Below are positions 62,772 to 64,000 of a DNA stretch of 64,000 bases, in pieces. Position numbers and translations under genes: made by a program. How positions within the stretch are numbered: the first letter of the stretch is position 1; each line of letters begins with the position of its first letter. The notes below the pieces were generated by a model. That model searched no databases and was not told the origin of the DNA. It saw nothing but the letters and a program-made list of their open reading frames with translations. This DNA comes from Camelus ferus. Taxonomy: Eukaryota. The DNA lies in NCBI RefSeq assembly GCF_009834535.1, contig NC_045697.1:99636001-99700000 (forward strand). The letters run 5' to 3'.

Positions 62772-63838
62772 CTTTTTAAAAATTTTATTGAGGTGAAATT
62801 CACATAGCATGCAATTAAGCATTATAAAGTATATAAGTCAGTGGCATTCAGTGCATTCCCAATGTGGTCAACCACCACCTCTCTCCAGTTTCAAACTTCA
62901 TCACCCCAGAAAAATATAATCATTCCACATTCCCTCCTTCCCTGTTCCCTGCTTTATGTCACTAAGAACTTGCCTATTTGAAATATATCATATACAAGGG
63001 ATCATAAAATATGTGACTTTTTGTATCTAGCTTCTTTTACTTAACATAATGTTTTCAAGGTTCATCTAAGTTGTCGCATGTGTCATTACTTTGTTTCTGT
63101 TTATTGAATAAAATCTCATTGTATGTACATATCACAATGTATTTATCCATTTATCCATTGATGGGTATTTGGGTTGTTTCTACCTTTTGACTTCTATGAA
63201 TAATGTTGCTATAAACATTCATACACAAGTTTCTGTGTGGACATTTCATTTCTCTTGGGTAAATATCTAGGAGTGGAATTGCTCGGTCACTCTATGTTTA
63301 ACTTTTTAAGGAACTGCCAAAATGGTTTCCACAGTGTCTGCACCATTGTACATTTCCACTAGCAATGTACAAAGGTACTTATTTCTCCATATCCTTGCGA
63401 ATACTTATTTGCCATTTTTGTTGTTTTTATTAAAGCCACCCTAATGGGTGTGAAGTGGTATCTCATTGCGGTTTTGATTTGCATTTTCTAATGGTCAGTG
63501 ATACTGAATATCTTTCACTTGCATATTGGCCATCTGTATATCTTCTTTGGAGAAATGTCTGTTCATCTTCTTTGCCCGTTTTTAAAATTGGGTTGTTCAT
63601 CTCTTTGTGCTGAGTTGTTAAGAGTTCTTTATATATTCTGGATATTAAACTCTTATCAGCTATGTGATTTGCAAATATTTTCTTCCATTCTGTATACTGC
63701 CTTTTCACAGTTTGATAATGTCTTTTGACATTATCAAAACACACAAATGGTTTTAATTTTTATGAAATCCAATTTATCTATTTATTCATTTGTTGCTCAC
63801 ATTTTTGGTGTCAAATCTAAGAATTCACTGCCAAATTT
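62772..63838 (-). mobile_element. L1MB-type 3' end (ORF2 C-terminus + 3'UTR)
   Basis: ORF 63463-63744 VKRQYTEWKKIFANHIADKSLISRIYKELL; 3'UTR ttttattgaggtgaaattcacata... Confidence 0.93.
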
Positions 63839-63839
63839 A

Positions 63840-64000
63840 TGGAATCCTCAGATTCATATGGAAGAGCAAGGGACCCTGAATAGTCAAAACATTATTTAAA
63901 GAAGAAAATGTTGGAGTACTCACCCTTCCTGATTACAAAGCTTACCACAAAGCTACAGAAATCAAAACAGTGTGGTACTGACATACATACCAATGGAACA
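63840..64000 (+). mobile_element. Inverted L1 ORF2 segment, truncated by the window edge
   Basis: attcatatggaagagcaagggaccctgaatagtcaaaaca...acaaagctacagaaatcaaaacagtgtggtactg (FIW...KATEIKTVWY region). Confidence 0.9.

Noticed and set aside
1..64000. CRISPR array, operon or other prokaryotic/viral system
   Set aside because: No repeat-spacer array, no gene-dense region and no ERV internal coding sequence; the repeat content is unambiguously mammalian

Overview
Mammalian nuclear DNA, intergenic or deep intronic, with no recognisable protein-coding gene. It is probably camelid: the only young SINE (51161-51305) is a tRNA-Ala-derived element of the Vic-1/SINE1_Vpa type as I recall it, and I saw no Alu, Bov, PRE1 or SINEC copies. 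The window is a mosaic of old eutherian transposon fossils (MIR, L2, MLT1, LTR33, MER5/20/53/81, Tigger2, ERVL and ERV1 solo LTRs). It also holds a near-full-length decayed L1MC-type element (~50.4-56.1 kb), four younger 5'-truncated L1 3' ends, an L1 with a 5' inversion at the right edge, and a 1.1 kb CA-rich tract. The remaining repeat-poor blocks contain candidate regulatory modules: a small CpG patch with MRE/CRE/GC-box motifs at ~25.1 kb and a MEF2/CRE/E-box cluster at ~42.5 kb. I found no convincing novel biological system. Repeat subfamily names come from memory of consensus sequences and need RepeatMasker/Dfam confirmation; motif calls are hypotheses.
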